Source: Antedon mediterranea (Eukaryota > Animalia > Echinodermata). From it: a DNA stretch of 64,000 bases. A model generated the notes under the pieces. That model ran no database searches, had not been told where the DNA came from, and saw nothing but the letters and a program-made list of their open reading frames with translations. The stretch covers positions 22,565,648-22,629,647 of the forward strand of contig NC_092673.1 of assembly GCF_964355755.1 (NCBI RefSeq). Reading direction: 5' to 3'. Position numbers and translations under genes: made by a program. Shown here one piece after another: positions 11,990 through 26,300 of this stretch (the first letter of the stretch is position 1; every line of letters begins with the position of its first letter).

Positions 11990-12230
11990 GAGTTAATCAA
12001 CTTTTGTTCTCTTAATTTCATAATAAATCATACATATGATGTATTTTTTTAAATGTTAAGCGCGCGTACGGATGCGTTATATGCGCTACACCCGTAATTG
12101 TATTGCCATATGATGAAAAATGACTTGAAATGTATAAGTACCAAATTTTGTTTAATTGTGATTCATGCTTATAAAGATATGATTACAAACGTGATTTCGT
12201 TAAATCGTGCGTAGACCGCGTAATCAAATT
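11990..12230 (-). mobile_element. HINE-family fragment, same orientation as 7510-8040
   Basis: Near-identical to about 7695-7900 (GCGTACG.ATGCGTTATATGCGCTACAC...TTGCCATATGATGAAA...CCAAATTTTG...CGTTAAATCG). Confidence 0.7.
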
Positions 12231-13446
12231 AAGTTCATCTTGAAGATAAAACAGATTTTCAGGTTATTGTTTGTGTTATTAAGATAATGTCATGGTACAC
12301 GATATGCTAGTTCTTTTCTGTGTTGGTAGCCTGCTGTTCGGTATTTGCGATTTGCATATTTCCCCTGTGCAAGTGTTTCTCTTCATTTTGTGGAATGGCG
12401 TGTGATGAATGATTTGGCCAGGACGGGCGTGGTTTTTCTTAAGAGTTTTACTTGTTTCAGAATTGTAAGTAATGTGCTTTGACTACTTTTAGTGATTCTA
12501 AATTCAGAAATAATACTACCACAGTACAATACCATGATTGTTTGTTATAGTGGCACTCGTAGTATACTGGCCTACATAATGCTGTGCACAGGCCTACCTT
12601 TACACGTCAATATTTTATAATAGCACGAATTTTATGTAATACACGTAACCAATTATGAATGTTTAGAGTCAACGTGTTATGTATAACCACTTCATTGGTC
12701 CTGTTTCTTCACCGTGTATCGTTCTATGTACTCTGCCATTCCCGACATGGTATTAGGGAACCCGGGAAGACAACAATTATGTCCCATGGTCTCTAAATGG
12801 ATATGATGGTTACACTCTGTGGGTCCGCATTATCATTGATGGATTTATTCATGGTTTAACGATTCACAAGATATTATGCTTAACATCGTAATTTGCCAAT
12901 TTTATAGCTGTCAAACTAGAAAGTAATTATTTATTATTATTTCCAACGTCGATATCTACGGGTCATTTTAGACATACAGCGTAAATAATAAAACGATTTA
13001 ATTTATTTATTTATAAGATATCTAATCATTATCATTATTATTTACAAAGTAAAAATATATAAAATTCATAGGCCTAATCATATATTTAAAATACTGAGGA
13101 CCTAAGTATGAGACAGAAAAAAAAACATGACGAAAACGATGTTGTCTTATTCGTTAATGTGTGCTTTTATTCTGGATTGAACGTCATTCGATATCGTATT
13201 CAATAATTACTTGATCCAAATTCAAACCCATTCTTGATTCAAATTAAATTCTTAAACGAATTTAGATTTCATTATTTGCCAATTATTTAGGGTGGTTTTC
13301 CGAATGTGGTGTCAACGCTGAAACACTCACATATCATAGTGAACATTGAAGCTTAAAGGGTAGCTCCGGTTTTACAATGTTTTTTAATTATAGGATATAA
13401 ACATTTGCCACAACATTGATAGTAACCCTACTTATTTTCCGATACC

Positions 13447-13486
13447 GTTGAAGCATGGAGGTACATTTTTACCTCCATGGTTGAAG
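13447..13486. mobile_element. P-superfamily excision footprint (26 bp plus 7-bp TSD)
   Basis: GTTGAAG|CATGGAGGTACATTTTTACCTCCATG|GTTGAAG. Confidence 0.7.
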
Positions 13487-14403
13487 CAGATACATGTAAT
13501 TTTAATTGTATGACATTTTCTGTAAAGTTGACAAGACTGCACATCGATGTAGGCCTACGCGAAACACTTTCTTGGAATGCGTTCCAATGTAACTTTATTG
13601 TATGTATCGAGTCTTTTTGGCGTGTCGGTCAGGAGCTCCCCAAACTATTGTTATAGTCCAATGAGCTAGATCTCTCACCAAAGCAGTCCGATTAGGCCTG
13701 AAAATCAGCAAAATTCCATCTCATGACTATAAAAAGAGCGCCCTCTCAAATTATATAAAAAAGTGAACCACGTTTCCGCGTGGGAATCGTATTAAAATAA
13801 ATCATTACAGATTAAATTGAAAATTTGAGCAATAAAATTGTGTTACATAAGAATGGTAATACAGTTATTACTTACATACAAAATACATTTTGATCAGGTA
13901 GTGTATACAATTCATTCGTTTCGCCCAGGGGAGTTAAAATTATCCAACTCTGACACGCAATGCACATACTTGTATGATCTTTTACACAGCGGTATTAATT
14001 AAAAGAGGAAGTGCAATATTGAACTGTTCAGCATTTTTAATGCGTTTGATCCAAAAGATTGCCAACCTACATTTACAACGTGTTTCGAATGATGCTAGCC
14101 TATGTATTATAAGTATCCTATGAACAAGAGCAGAATTCACTTTACTTATCCACATTTCAGAATTTAGGTTTATTTATATAGAAAGGTTGAGAATATTATA
14201 AAATATGTTTTTTGGGGTTTCAGCAGTAACAATAAAGGACATTACTATTCCTATATGGTTGAAAGTAGTAATATCGTTGAATAAAAGGCATTTTCGCGTC
14301 AGCGTAATATTGGCAAATAAGAAGTAATTTTGTTGACAATTTTCCAATGTTTAAAATTGAGAAAAAGATTAAGATGAACATAATATAATATTTTAATACA
14401 GAT

Positions 14404-14620
14404 ACAGTAGAATCTTTCCTTTGGTATACCCATATTCAGGGGACATCTATAATAAGGGGAACTCTCCTGTGGAGGTCAATATATGGTTTAAACATTGAGA
14501 GAGGTATACAATTAATACCTCAATGGTTTAAACACGGTAACTCCCTCTCTAGAGGACACTCTATTAAGGGGACATTCTTTTGAGTTCTGAGTGTTCCCCC
14601 TTAATAGGATTTGTACTGTA
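14404..14620. mobile_element. Tc1/mariner-type MITE containing a nested P-type footprint at 14486-14532
   Basis: TA|CAGTAGAATC ... GATTTGTACTG|TA with GGGGACA repeats. The nested scar reads GTTTAAA|CATTGAGAGAGGTATACAATTAATACCTCAATG|GTTTAAA. Confidence 0.6.
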
Positions 14621-16084
14621 TATCTTATTTTCTAATTTGCTAAAATTGTGATTTCTAGAAAACAAGTTATTATGATAGTCCCCGTAGCCAATCGAACATA
14701 ATAAATAATGTCCTCAACTTAGTTCATAATATTTTATTCCCCCGCCATATTTTATATAATTGTAGAACCGCAGGAAAAAAAAAGCTGTTTTTCAATTATC
14801 CAATTATCGTTATGACGTGACTGCACCGTTTAATAGTGCTGCGATAAAATAGTTTCATTTACCAAAGTTAAGAAATATTGTGCTATAAATTAAAGTTAAT
14901 AGGAAACAGCGTGATAAATTGCCGGCCATTAACAGCTATAAGTACAAGTATAGATAGATGATTCTATTAACAAAGTCATGTAGGGCTGGCATTTTCTGCT
15001 TTTAATATAAGCTGGTTGATCGCCCACTTACGTTAACATTAAGAAAATGTCAAATGAAAGAAGGCGATTTCTATTTTGTTTATTATTATCCGACCAAATT
15101 TAGTTTGACTCGCGCTGTTAAGTTAGGCTTAAAATATACCGCGTCAATCATCCAAGGTGACCAGTAGCGATGCCAGGATTTATATTTCATTTCAGTGTTA
15201 ACCATCCAATCCCATCGCTGTGTTTCGGTGGGATGAAATGTAATCGTCTGATAAATCGCGGAAGGCTACTAGTTTAATAATTCAGGCTCGTGCGTTTACA
15301 CACGTTGAGGTTTCGTTTCTCAGGTATTGAATGAACGCGTTGCAGTGACAATCTTTTATCAATTAACAGGTTCATTGGATATTTAACCGTTTCTGTGTAT
15401 ATGACAAGCGTGTATGCGACCTATATACGTGCAGTGAGAACGCATACAATAGTCTGATATCAGTTTTTTACATCTGGCAATTTTGTCGTCAATGTAGACC
15501 TACATCTGTATCAAAGACAATTGATCAAATTGGTATTTATATTTGCTGAATTCCGACGGTATCGAACCAACATAGTTGTGTTGGTGTTACAAAAATCATT
15601 GTATCTTTGGATATTTTGAAATCTAGGTGTACCGCATATAACACGTAAGTTGACAAATTAATTTTGTTTTATTTTCCAGTACTCTCGATATACGTAAAAT
15701 ATTTCCATGTAGGCTACTGTACGACGGTTAGCGTTATACAATACCATTTGTTTTGTTTTATATTTATACAAGAGTTCGAGACTCACTCGATAAAATTGTT
15801 CTGAAGGACTATATAACCCATAGGTTCAGTTACACGAAATGACTATGTGCACTCCTACCGTATAGTACGTCTTTCGAGTATGGGACCATAAGAGAGTGCC
15901 TTAATCGGTTAATTATGCACAACATGTGAATGTGAGAAATAGGTCCTGGTTGAATCAGAAATTAATTTTGTGGAGTAGGCCCTAATTTAATCGTCACAGT
16001 ATTCCACTTGAAGAAATCACTCTCACTTTGTCTGAAATGCTTGTCAAAGCTACTCTTCTTCTTCTTAAATAAACTAACTAGAGA

Positions 16085-16190
16085 AACAACAAGGCCGTAC
16101 ATGGCTGCAATCGCGTGCTCAAATTTGAGTTAGTGTTTGCCGACCGACCGACCGACCAACCAACCAACCGACCGTAATAGTGAGCTTTAC
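16085..16190 (-). mobile_element. Minimal HINE/DINE-1-like element
   Basis: Reverse complement of 42236-42350: AACAAGGCC.TA.ATGGCTGC..TCGCGTG, a (CCGA)n microsatellite, and ATAGTGAGCT. Confidence 0.65.
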
Positions 16191-19141
16191 TAAAAATAGG
16201 AACAATGATTTCCAACCTCCTTCCACACTCCCTCAAGTAAATTGTACTTTGATGCATTCTTAGCAAACTATACTTCCATCACTTGCAGTTATAAATCGGT
16301 TTTTATTATGTTCTTACTCTCTCTTTAAATCGTCACTCAACTAACTATTCTATTCTAACTAATCTATAATTTTAAATAACTCCTATAGTATTGAGTTAAA
16401 TGCATATGTTTCTATTAAACACGAATAGAAAGTAGTACTTCTGCAACATTTGTCATTATTTTTGTGTCTCTAGAATACATGGTTTACGAGTTCTGAGGAA
16501 TCAAACATTATCTGAGGTCACAGGTCACATTTCCATACCAAATTTCATGCTTCTAACCAAATTTGAAGTATCGGCCCTTTTTTTTTAGAGCTAAGGAAAC
16601 CCACTAACTTTCTCTTTTTTGTCTGTAATCCTTTCCACTCCAATTGGTGGTATACCGTCTTTACTCAATAGGCCTACTACCAATTTATAATGCATTTATC
16701 ATTTCTGTAGAAACTATAACATATCCGATAATCTATCACTGATTTCAGGTACATTTACCACAGAGATAAATGGTTAACATTTTTAAAATCCTTTAATTCT
16801 CTCAATTCTGTGTTTTTATTTGAAAAATAACCGTTTCTTTACTAATTATTTTATTTATTCATTATTTAGTTTATGACTCATTACCATGGCCCTAATGGTA
16901 TTTTTTTAGCATATTTAAAATCTTGGTTATCTGGACTTCCTCTTTATTGAAATGCCTGTCTCCATCTAACAAATCCTTACTCCTTTAATCGATTCCACTT
17001 CCATTGTCTGTTCTCAATACTGCAAAAATATTATTCTTGGAAAAAATGCGTGTGACGAATTTTAATTCAAGTTAAAACCTTTTAAAATATTATAAATCAA
17101 TGTATGAAAACAATTAAATAATCTTTCTGTTGTAATGATACTTAAGGTCAGTGATTAAAAAAATACATTTATTACCCAGAAGGCACCAGTATACCGAGAT
17201 GTTCTAACCAAGCGATGTCGTGACATTTAGGCCTATGTTAAAAATCATCGTTAAGCACACCTTCTTGAAAATGAGCACCAACCCTTGATTAGCTAACCGA
17301 ATATCGTTACTTCATTTACTTATAATTTGCACAGATCATACTATGAATTCCGTGATACAGAATCACCCGTGAAACACAAAGGATACTTAACTCTTTCCTG
17401 CTTTAACCTAACCCTTCATGAGACAGATGTGAAACACACTGTATTACAGAATTTACATACGAGACTGGAGAATATGTCCATGTGGACAGAGAATCGGGTG
17501 TCTGAAATTACCCTCTGATTAATGATTCGAATCATGGAATGATTGATTACATTATTTTTATAGGCCTATGTTAACATTCTTGTACAATCCCCTTTAACGT
17601 GTGATGGTAATATTTAAAAACTCCATTGAGCATTGCATCAGTTTTATGTATCCATAATGTGATGATCAAGGCAACGAAACAAAATTTTAAAATAATATAT
17701 TATACGGCATTGCCTTTAAAGTCACACAATTATTGTTTGATATTAGATACACCAGAAGTACCTATCGATAACACAAACATCTCTGGAGGAGGTATCTACC
17801 TGGGCTTTATCAATCAGTAAGCCTACTCACGTGTTACGTAGGCCTATCACGCTCGAAGATAGATATGTAATCTGAAGAGCTTGCTGATGATATGATTGAT
17901 GGCTGGAATTATTTTGTGCAACGTATAAAAGAAGCATAGTAATGAGGCTCTGTAATACATCCCATAAACGTGGTGATAGCCTAATACCTGTCTTTAGTAG
18001 TTAGTATGCCTAATGCAACGCATAAGAAATGTGCAGAAATGCCGAATATAGTAGGCCTAATCTATTCGATTACCAATACAAAATATAAGCCTAATGATAC
18101 TCTCTTCGCATCTATAATATATATTTAATGTAAATTAAATTATTTATATATTTCTTTGCATTATTGTACAATATAATGTTATACAATATAATGTGCATTT
18201 AATGATCGAAAACCGTATGTAATATTATGTACCGATCATGCTTTCTTCACGCACAAATTATACAAGTTCAAAAATCATTACTATAAGATCAATACGATAC
18301 GCGAGTCTCATTTATTACAGATGTTTGAGAACTTATACTTTTCTTTATTACAAACATATTGCTATTACTAGACTGTATTTTGGTGGTTTCATTAATTTAA
18401 CTCGTAGTTTTGATTATGATATTAACTGCCAATTTGATTATTGGTTTAGCTTGTTGTGGGCCTAAATCGTGACAAAATAGTAGAAATTTTATTGTGACAG
18501 AATAATATTCTGTCCTGTTTGAATTCTAGTAGTAGAACCCTACTGATTTTGTGTTAAAACAAGGACATATTATACCTTTACTCTGTATGACGTTTTCGAT
18601 TTATTATTATTGTGGTGAGATTTCGTTTCGTGACGTTATACGTAAATCAACCAAATAGAATATTGATAACTTATACGCATGCGCAGATAATCATTTGTTA
18701 CTTTAAAAACTTAAAATATATTGTTTTCTTTTATAATAGTCATTTAAAACGCATTATTATGAAGAAATTACCATCGTCCTGTCAGTATAACAAACACGCA
18801 TTTTATTATACTTAATTTTATCAGGCCTATAGTACTATGCGCTGTTGTTGCATCGCCGTTAAATTAATAATACGCATTCCAATTTAATTGCTTTCTGTTT
18901 AAATAACTAATCAAAATGAGAGTGTACCTTTAATGAATATATTTACATCGTGGAGATTCAAAGTAGATACAAACATTAGTTTGAGTATACCCTTTTCTGT
19001 CAAATAATCTAATTTTTCAAATCATACAAAAAAGAAAAGAAATCTGTGTTTGACGTCAATGTTAGATTACACATTAAATATATATACTTGATTAATACTG
19101 GCGCCCATATTTTGAAAGGAAATTGACAAATGCGTTTATTT

Positions 19142-19280
19142 AAGCTTGGTTTCCACTAGGACATGAACATGATGCAAGCGTGTTGACCAATCACAAGCGA
19201 CAGTTCGAATAATCCATCACTTGTGATTGGTCAACTTACTTACGTTACTTGTGTTGCGTCTCTAGTAGTGGGAACCAATC
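19142..19280. mobile_element. Harbinger-like MITE family AAGCTTGGTTCCCACTAG...GTGGGAACCAAGCTT
   Basis: TIRs visible. Related copies at about 23935-24152 and 47630-47725. Confidence 0.6.
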
Positions 19281-19694
19281 ATTACATGTAGGCATATGCG
19301 GAATAAAACTACCTCATGCTTCTTAAGCTTAGTTCCCACTAGAACGTCATTTATGAGACTGTCTTTTCAAATATTCAACAATAAAATAACGTCAAGGTGG
19401 GAATCAGTTCATAAACAATCACAGTGTTTTTTCTTCTTTTTACTAATGTAATTCTTTGTTTAATCTTGTGTGAACCTTATGCTATTAACTGTAGTCGCCA
19501 TTTGCTTGAGTACTTTTAGTAATTTTATTGCGGTCACGACCGACGCATTTATTTTATCTGTTACGTTTAATGTTTTCTTTCATCATTCTGAAACTACAAT
19601 ATATCATTCCGTTATTGATTAATGTTATAACAAACTGACGTGAATTGCATAGGTAGATCCCTAATGAAAACCTTTCAGCTTTCTAAAGTTTTTG

Positions 19695-20890
19695 AAAACA
19701 GAACTGGAGGTGGTGCTCAAACGGTTTGCCATACGTAAAAACTGAACTAGAAGTGGTGCTCAATCAGTTTTCCATACGTAAAAACGAACTAGAGGTGATG
19801 CTCAAACGGTTTGCCATACGTAAAAACAGAACTGGAGGTGGTGCTCAAACGGTTTGCCATACATAAACACAGAACTGGAGGTGGTGCTCAAACGGTTTGC
19901 CACACGTAAAAACAGAACTGGAGCTGGTGCTCAACGGTTTGTCATATGTAAAAATAGAACTGGATATGGTGCTCAAACGGTTTGCCATACGTAAAAACAG
20001 AACTAGAGGTGGTACTCAAACGGTTTGCCATACGTAAAAATTAAACTAAACGGTTTGCCATACGTAAAAAATGAACTAGAGGTGGTGCTCAATCAGTTTT
20101 CCATACGTAAAAACGAACTAGAAGTGATGCTCAAATGGTTTGCCATACGTAAAAACAGAACTGGAGGTGGTGCTCAAACGGTTTGCCATACGTAAAAACA
20201 GAACTAGAGGTGGTGCTCAAACGGTTTGCCATACGTAAAAACTGAACTAGAGGTGGTGCTTAATCAGTTTTCCATACGTAAAAACGAACTAGAGGTGGTG
20301 CTCAAACGGTTTTCCATACATAAAAACAGAATTAGAGGTGGTGCTCAAACGTTTTGCCACACGTAAAAACAGAACTAACTATAGGTGGTGCTCAAACGGT
20401 TTGCCATACGTAAAAACAGAACTAGAGGTGGTGCTCAACGGTTTGCCATACATAAAAACAGAACTAGAGGTGGTGCTCAAACGGTTTGCCATACGTAAAA
20501 ACAGAACTAGAGGTGCTGCTAAACAGTTTGCCATACGCAAAAACAGAACTAGAGGTGGTGCTTAAATGGTTTGCCATATGTAAAAACAGAACTGGAGGTG
20601 GTTCTCAACGGTTTGCCATACGTAAAAACAGAACTAGAGGTGGTGCTCAAACGGTTTGCCATACGCATAAAGTGGCGATGGTGCTCAAAAGGTTTGCCAT
20701 ACGTAAAAACTTGGAGGAGATACAAAACGGGTTTGCCATTCGAAGAACTGGTGTTGGTGGTGATTTTTTGCATACGTATAACTTGGGAGGTAGTCGTAAA
20801 CCGGTTTGCCATGCGTAACAATTTATGGTGATCAAACGCTTTGCCACACCTAAAATATTGGAGGCGATGATCAAAAAGGGTTTGCCAAAA
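19695..20890. repeat. 43-bp minisatellite, about 27 units
   Basis: Unit AAAAACAGAACTAGAGGTGGTGCTCAAACGGTTTGCCATACGT (starts 19701 and 19744 give period 43). Units are head-to-tail with no spacers and decay toward the right end. Confidence 0.95.
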
Positions 20891-21354
20891 AAATACACAA
20901 ACATGTTGAGAGCCCGTGTACGTTTAATGATATAGATTTAAACCATACGTTTTATTCGTATTGGACTGCAACATGTTACCGGTGAAATTATAGCGAATCG
21001 ATAAACTAACCATTACACATTGTATTATTTACAATTTTACTATCATTCCATAGAAAATGCTTCTAAAGTTGATGTTGGTTCAATACATAGCAGGTGCACG
21101 ATTTATAAGTATTCGTTTTAAGTGCCACCGGCTATGTTCATGTATTAAAGCAACGTGATTTTATTTTATCTATTTATATGGTAGTACCACTAATGGTTAA
21201 CTCTCAAGAAAATTAGATTAGAACCTTGTTATGTGTAAATCGCAGCAGGAAAGCCATAGATAGAAACCCGCGCTTGTGTGTGGAACAGTGAAAAACATCA
21301 GGAAAAGAAATGACGCATTCGGTACATTCTTTATATCATTATTATAAGATCACG

Positions 21355-21535
21355 CCGTATTTATTCGAATAAACGCCTTGCTTTGAATAAAACGCCTCCC
21401 TCGAATATTTTTATATATCTGGGGGAATTTATTTGATTACTACATATTACACGTTACACCCAAAAAAAAAAAAAAAACGCCTCCCTTGAATAAAAGTCTC
21501 CTGAACAATAAACACCCCGGGCGTTTATTCGAATA
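21355..21535. mobile_element. Tc1/pogo-type MITE whose right TIR is interrupted by the next element
   Basis: CCGTATTTATTCGAATAAACGCC ... GGCGTTTATTCGAATA. A probable TIR remnant, TAAATGG, resumes at 22868. Confidence 0.6.
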
Positions 21536-22865
21536 CCGTAAATCTTCTAATAGTAACCAACACTCTAATATTAACCATCGGGGTTAATATTAATTAGAGT
21601 CACAAAAACTTATGATGCAGCCGTATTTTGAGAATGGGGGAGGATTGAGTGTTTTTGAGTTAATATTATTCGTACTGTTTTATTATTTTGCTATGATTTG
21701 CTGACCGGAAAAGTTGGGGGTGGGTTACTATTTCCATGCGCCTAATTTAAGATTAGTAATAGTAACCCACTACTCTAATAGTAACCCATTACTCCAATAG
21801 TAACCCACTACTCTAATAGTAACCCACTACTCTAATAGTAACCCACTACTCTAATAGTAACCCACTACTCTAGTAGTAACCCCCCTTCTAATAGTAACCC
21901 ACTACTCTAATAGTAACCCACTACTCTAATAGTAACCCACTACTCTAATAGTAACGCACTACTCTAATAGTAACCCACTACTATAGTAGTAACCCCCCTT
22001 CTAATAGTAACCCACTACTCTAATAGTAACCCACTACTCTAATAGTAACGCACTACTCTAATAGTAACCCACTACTCTAATAGTAACCCACTACTCTAGT
22101 AGTAAACCCACTACTCTAGTAGTAATCCCCCTTCTAATAGTAACCCACTACTCTAATAGTAAACCACTACTCTAATAGTAACCCCCCCCCCTCTAATAGT
22201 AACCCAACTTCTAATAGTAACCCACTACTCTAATAGTAACCCACTACTCTAATAGTAACCCACTACTCTAATAGTAAACCCCTTCTAATAGTAACCCACT
22301 ACTCTAATAGTAACCCCCCTTCTAATAGTAACCCACTACTCTAATAGTAGCCCACCTTCTAATAGTAACCCACTACTCTAATAGTAAACCACTACTCTAA
22401 TAGTAACCCACTACTCTAATAGTAACCCACTACTCTAATAGTAACCCACTACTCTAATAGTAAACCACTACTCTAATAGTAACCCCCTTCTAATAGTAAC
22501 CCACTACTCTAATAGTACCCCCCCCCCTTCTAATAGTAACCCACTACTCTAATAGTAACCCACTACTCTAATAGTAACCCACTACTCTAATAGTAACCCC
22601 CTTCTAATAGTAACCCACCTTCTAATAGTAACCCACTACTCTAATAGTAAACCACTACTCTAATAGTAAACCACTACTCTAATAGTAACCCCCCTTCTAA
22701 TAGTAACCCACCTTCTAATAGTAACCCACTACTCTAATAGTAACCCCCTACTCTAATAGTAACCCACTATTCTAATGGTAACCCCCCTTCTAATAGTAAC
22801 CCACCTTCTAATAGTAACCCACCCTAAAGAATAATAACCCAGGGTTACAATTAGTAGATTTACGG
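21536..22865. mobile_element. pogo/Tigger-type MITE with an internally amplified 19-bp satellite
   Basis: TA|CCGTAAATCTTCTAATAGTAACC ... GGTTACAATTAGTAGATTTACGG|TA. Confidence 0.8.
21757..22840. repeat. 19-bp tandem array (TACTCTAATAGTAACCCAC) with shorter CCCCTT variants, more than 50 units
   Basis: Direct reading. The unit equals the subterminal motif of the enclosing MITE TIR. Confidence 0.95.
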
Positions 22866-23160
22866 TATAAATGGTATGTGATTCTGCGGATAACCTATTG
22901 TCTCGGATACGCATCCCCATGTCTCGTATTGGTTGGCAAAATGCTAGCAGATTACTCTGCAGTCACACAGAAATCGACCCAAAACACTTTACTTTAACTC
23001 CCAATAATAGTAATTGATAATAAATTTCAGCAGATATGTTTCATCTATAATTTGCTATAAATAAATATTAGTATTACTGTAAATCTACCTCTTCACCTTC
23101 GGATTAGAACCCTTTTAAGTTATCATTAATCACAGTAATCACAATTACTTATATTTATAA

Positions 23161-23378
23161 TAGGGATTTCGAGTTGCGACGACCGAAGACAAAGCTTCTT
23201 AATTATTGTAAGCATGCAAAAATATTGAGAAGTGTGTTCTCACTCCTCACTTCGACACAGGTTTGGTGGTGTTTCTTGTCCAGGCGACGGCCTATACGAC
23301 ACATCAATTGAACTGACTTAGGTCGTCGGGTCTCCGTCGGTCGTCGGGCCTCAGTCGTCGCAAATTGAAAGCTTCCTA
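23161..23378. mobile_element. Degenerate Harbinger-like MITE
   Basis: AGGGATTTCGAGTTGCGACGAC ... GTCGTCGCAAATTGAAAGCTTCCT imperfect TIRs. Confidence 0.45.
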
Positions 23379-26300
23379 CTAATACTAAAGACTGGTTTGC
23401 AACACCGCACCGAATAATCGGTCTCGTTAAAAAACCCCATAATTTTCGCTGAATTCAAGGTATAAAATGTATCTAAAAAAGCAGTTGCTGTATATCCAAA
23501 GACATGATGCATTGTAGAAATATATTGACAACCCTTAACAATCATGACATTTAAATATACTTTTATATATTGACTTGTTTACGCATTATCCCTGTATTTT
23601 CGCATTCATCGTTTCCTAATTAAAGCTGCGACAACTTCATTTTAAATTAAGTTGACATGCTGCGCACTTCTAGATTAAGTTCACTGATTAATGATCCTCT
23701 ACTGTTATTTATTCTTCAATGTTTTCCTCATTTGATTGCTTCGAATCCAAGCTGTCAAATTTTCTATTTTAGTTGTTTTGTGGGTGTTTTTAATTGTGTA
23801 TTAAACGTGTATTGCCTGTCCACTCTAATACTCTAACATATTCAACAAAGTTTTTAAATCAAGTTATTACTATTACAGGTCCTATTTCGAACATAGTAGA
23901 ATGATTCGGTACCGGTTCCTCACAACACTAAATCGTGGTTCCCACGAGCGACGCAACGTAACGCAACGCTACGACGTATTAACTCAAAGTGCTGTATTGC
24001 ATTTAATCACAAGTGGGAACCGACGACGCAATAGTGCTGCAAACATCGCAGGTTTGATTTCACGCAGGCGGGGGCAAACACAATTAAGGATAGGCCATTT
24101 TCTTACGTCGCGTAGGTTGCGCTACATTGCGTCGCTAGTGGGAACCAAGCTTAACGTAGTTAATTTTCTCATCAGTCTTCCTCATTTCATCACTGTTTTC
24201 TAGTTCCCTGATATGTACGTATTAGGCGTATGTCTCTTCCTTGCATGTTTCATTTGTTTGTCTGAATCTTCCTTCTTCTCGATATTGATCTATTTAGGTT
24301 GAGATTGTAAGCATTTTTCTAAAAAAAATTACAGTTTTCTTCGTTTTACAGCTCTATCAATGCAACGCATATTCATTTTATGAATATTTGAGGATTTCGA
24401 CTTACCGATTTCTTACAAGAATAATGAAAAGCGAAAACAGAATGTTAATTTGTATATATAAATATTCGTTGATGGATTCAAACATGTACTACAAATGGAG
24501 AGAGGCATTATATACCAATAGATACAAGTTTTGGTCCTCTCTCCTTTATCTTTTTTTTGTGTAATGTATTATACCATATGGACAATTGTCTGAAATAAAA
24601 GTTGAATTGAATTGAATTGAATTAATTAGCAAATCTGTGCCTTATATCTACAGTACTTTGTCGTTGTTCAACAGAATCATATAAACTACTATCATAATTT
24701 ATGAGCCATAAATGCAATGGTATTTCCACCGTAAGAATTAGGTTATCAGGAAAAAATTTAGACGGAATGTTGAAATTATTGCTCAAGAAATGCTCTATTG
24801 ATTTCTATTGTTTGTTGTTATATGAAAATACAAAAATATTTGTCCATTTAATTTTCTCTTTAGCTTCAGCTCACCCCAGTTTTTATAATGTCTTCCTGCT
24901 TGAGCAATCAGACGTACATCTTCTTCCTGCATTGAGCAGCAACCACATCTTAGCCGCATTGAGAAAACTCTTCCATTTTGAGCAACAAAACTTCACACGC
25001 ACAATACATTGATAAGAATTTGTCGGCGTTTTGTGTAAATGGTCATAATAAGTATAACAAACATGAACTTTAATTGGTTTACTGTATAAATATTTTGGTC
25101 TTCGATTTAATTTGTCTTATATTTTGCTTTTTCATATTTGTTGATATACTGTTATGAATCTGAACCAATGCTTTTGCTTTGAAAGCGCCAGACAGAATAA
25201 ATAAACTCTCACTTTGTCCTTATTTGGTGTTTTTAGTAATCGATGGCTGTTCAGTTCAATCTGTAGCTTCAAAATGTTAATAATCACATCACATAGTGAA
25301 CACGCATGTCTAACACCAATGTTTATAAAATATTCAATACATCTATACAGCTCCAGTTGTATTTTCAATATATATGCATTATGATTGTTACATACGTACA
25401 TTTATAGGTCGAGTATGCATAAACCAATTAGGTTTTATCGTTATTCATTAAATCCTTATATAATTTTAAAGGTCGTGACTATATCCAACCGCTCTGCGTA
25501 CAGCATGTCACAGTATTTAAACTGCTGGTGATCTGAATGTTGGGTGATAAAAGAGCAGAGACTTTTAGTATTTAAAAAAGATATAAGGCGGTCGAAAGCT
25601 AAGGTCAGATATTTCGGAAAATGCATTGATACATGCAATGTTACGTTTGTCATGCATGTACGTTGACATTATCATCATTATCATTACAAATCTCTTGTAG
25701 CTTTAATGGATCACAATCCATGTTAGAGAATTATGTCAAGAGACGATTGTCTGCTGTATGTAAATGACGTTCTATGTCTTCAAAATTATCGTTTTCATGT
25801 TTATGGTTGCATTTCATTAATTAGTAAACGTTTTTGCGACAATGTGGCTCATCCTTCCTTGAAGCCATACTCTCATTTGTAGAAAGAAACCGGGATACCT
25901 CGTATGCTTATATACCAGAGTAGCAAGACTAGGCATTAATCCAAACTCACTAATGATAAAAACTGAATACGTTTTTACTGCGTTTTTCAAATTTGTAACT
26001 ATGTATGATAATATACCTATATTTCTACATGTTTTCTTTTTTTTTTATCGACGCTCTCTTTATTAACTAACTTACAGAATACGCTAATTTTCGGTCATGT
26101 ATTTCGGTTTTCATAGACACCAAAAAATGTCTTGTATAATTCCACCAAGATAAAGAATTCATGTTACGTCACTGTGTCAATCGTACAAAACTCTGCCTTA
26201 ACTTGTAGTATACAGTACCGAGAACCTGGTGCCCTTTAGTCAATAGTATAACTTACATATAAGGCTTTTACAAGTGCCACCGACGGTTTTTTAATTATAA

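Noticed and set aside
19695-20890. CRISPR-like array and the short ORFs within it
   Set aside because: Units are contiguous with no unique spacers, there are no cas genes and the context is eukaryotic. The 43-bp period shifts frame, so the ORFs are artefacts.
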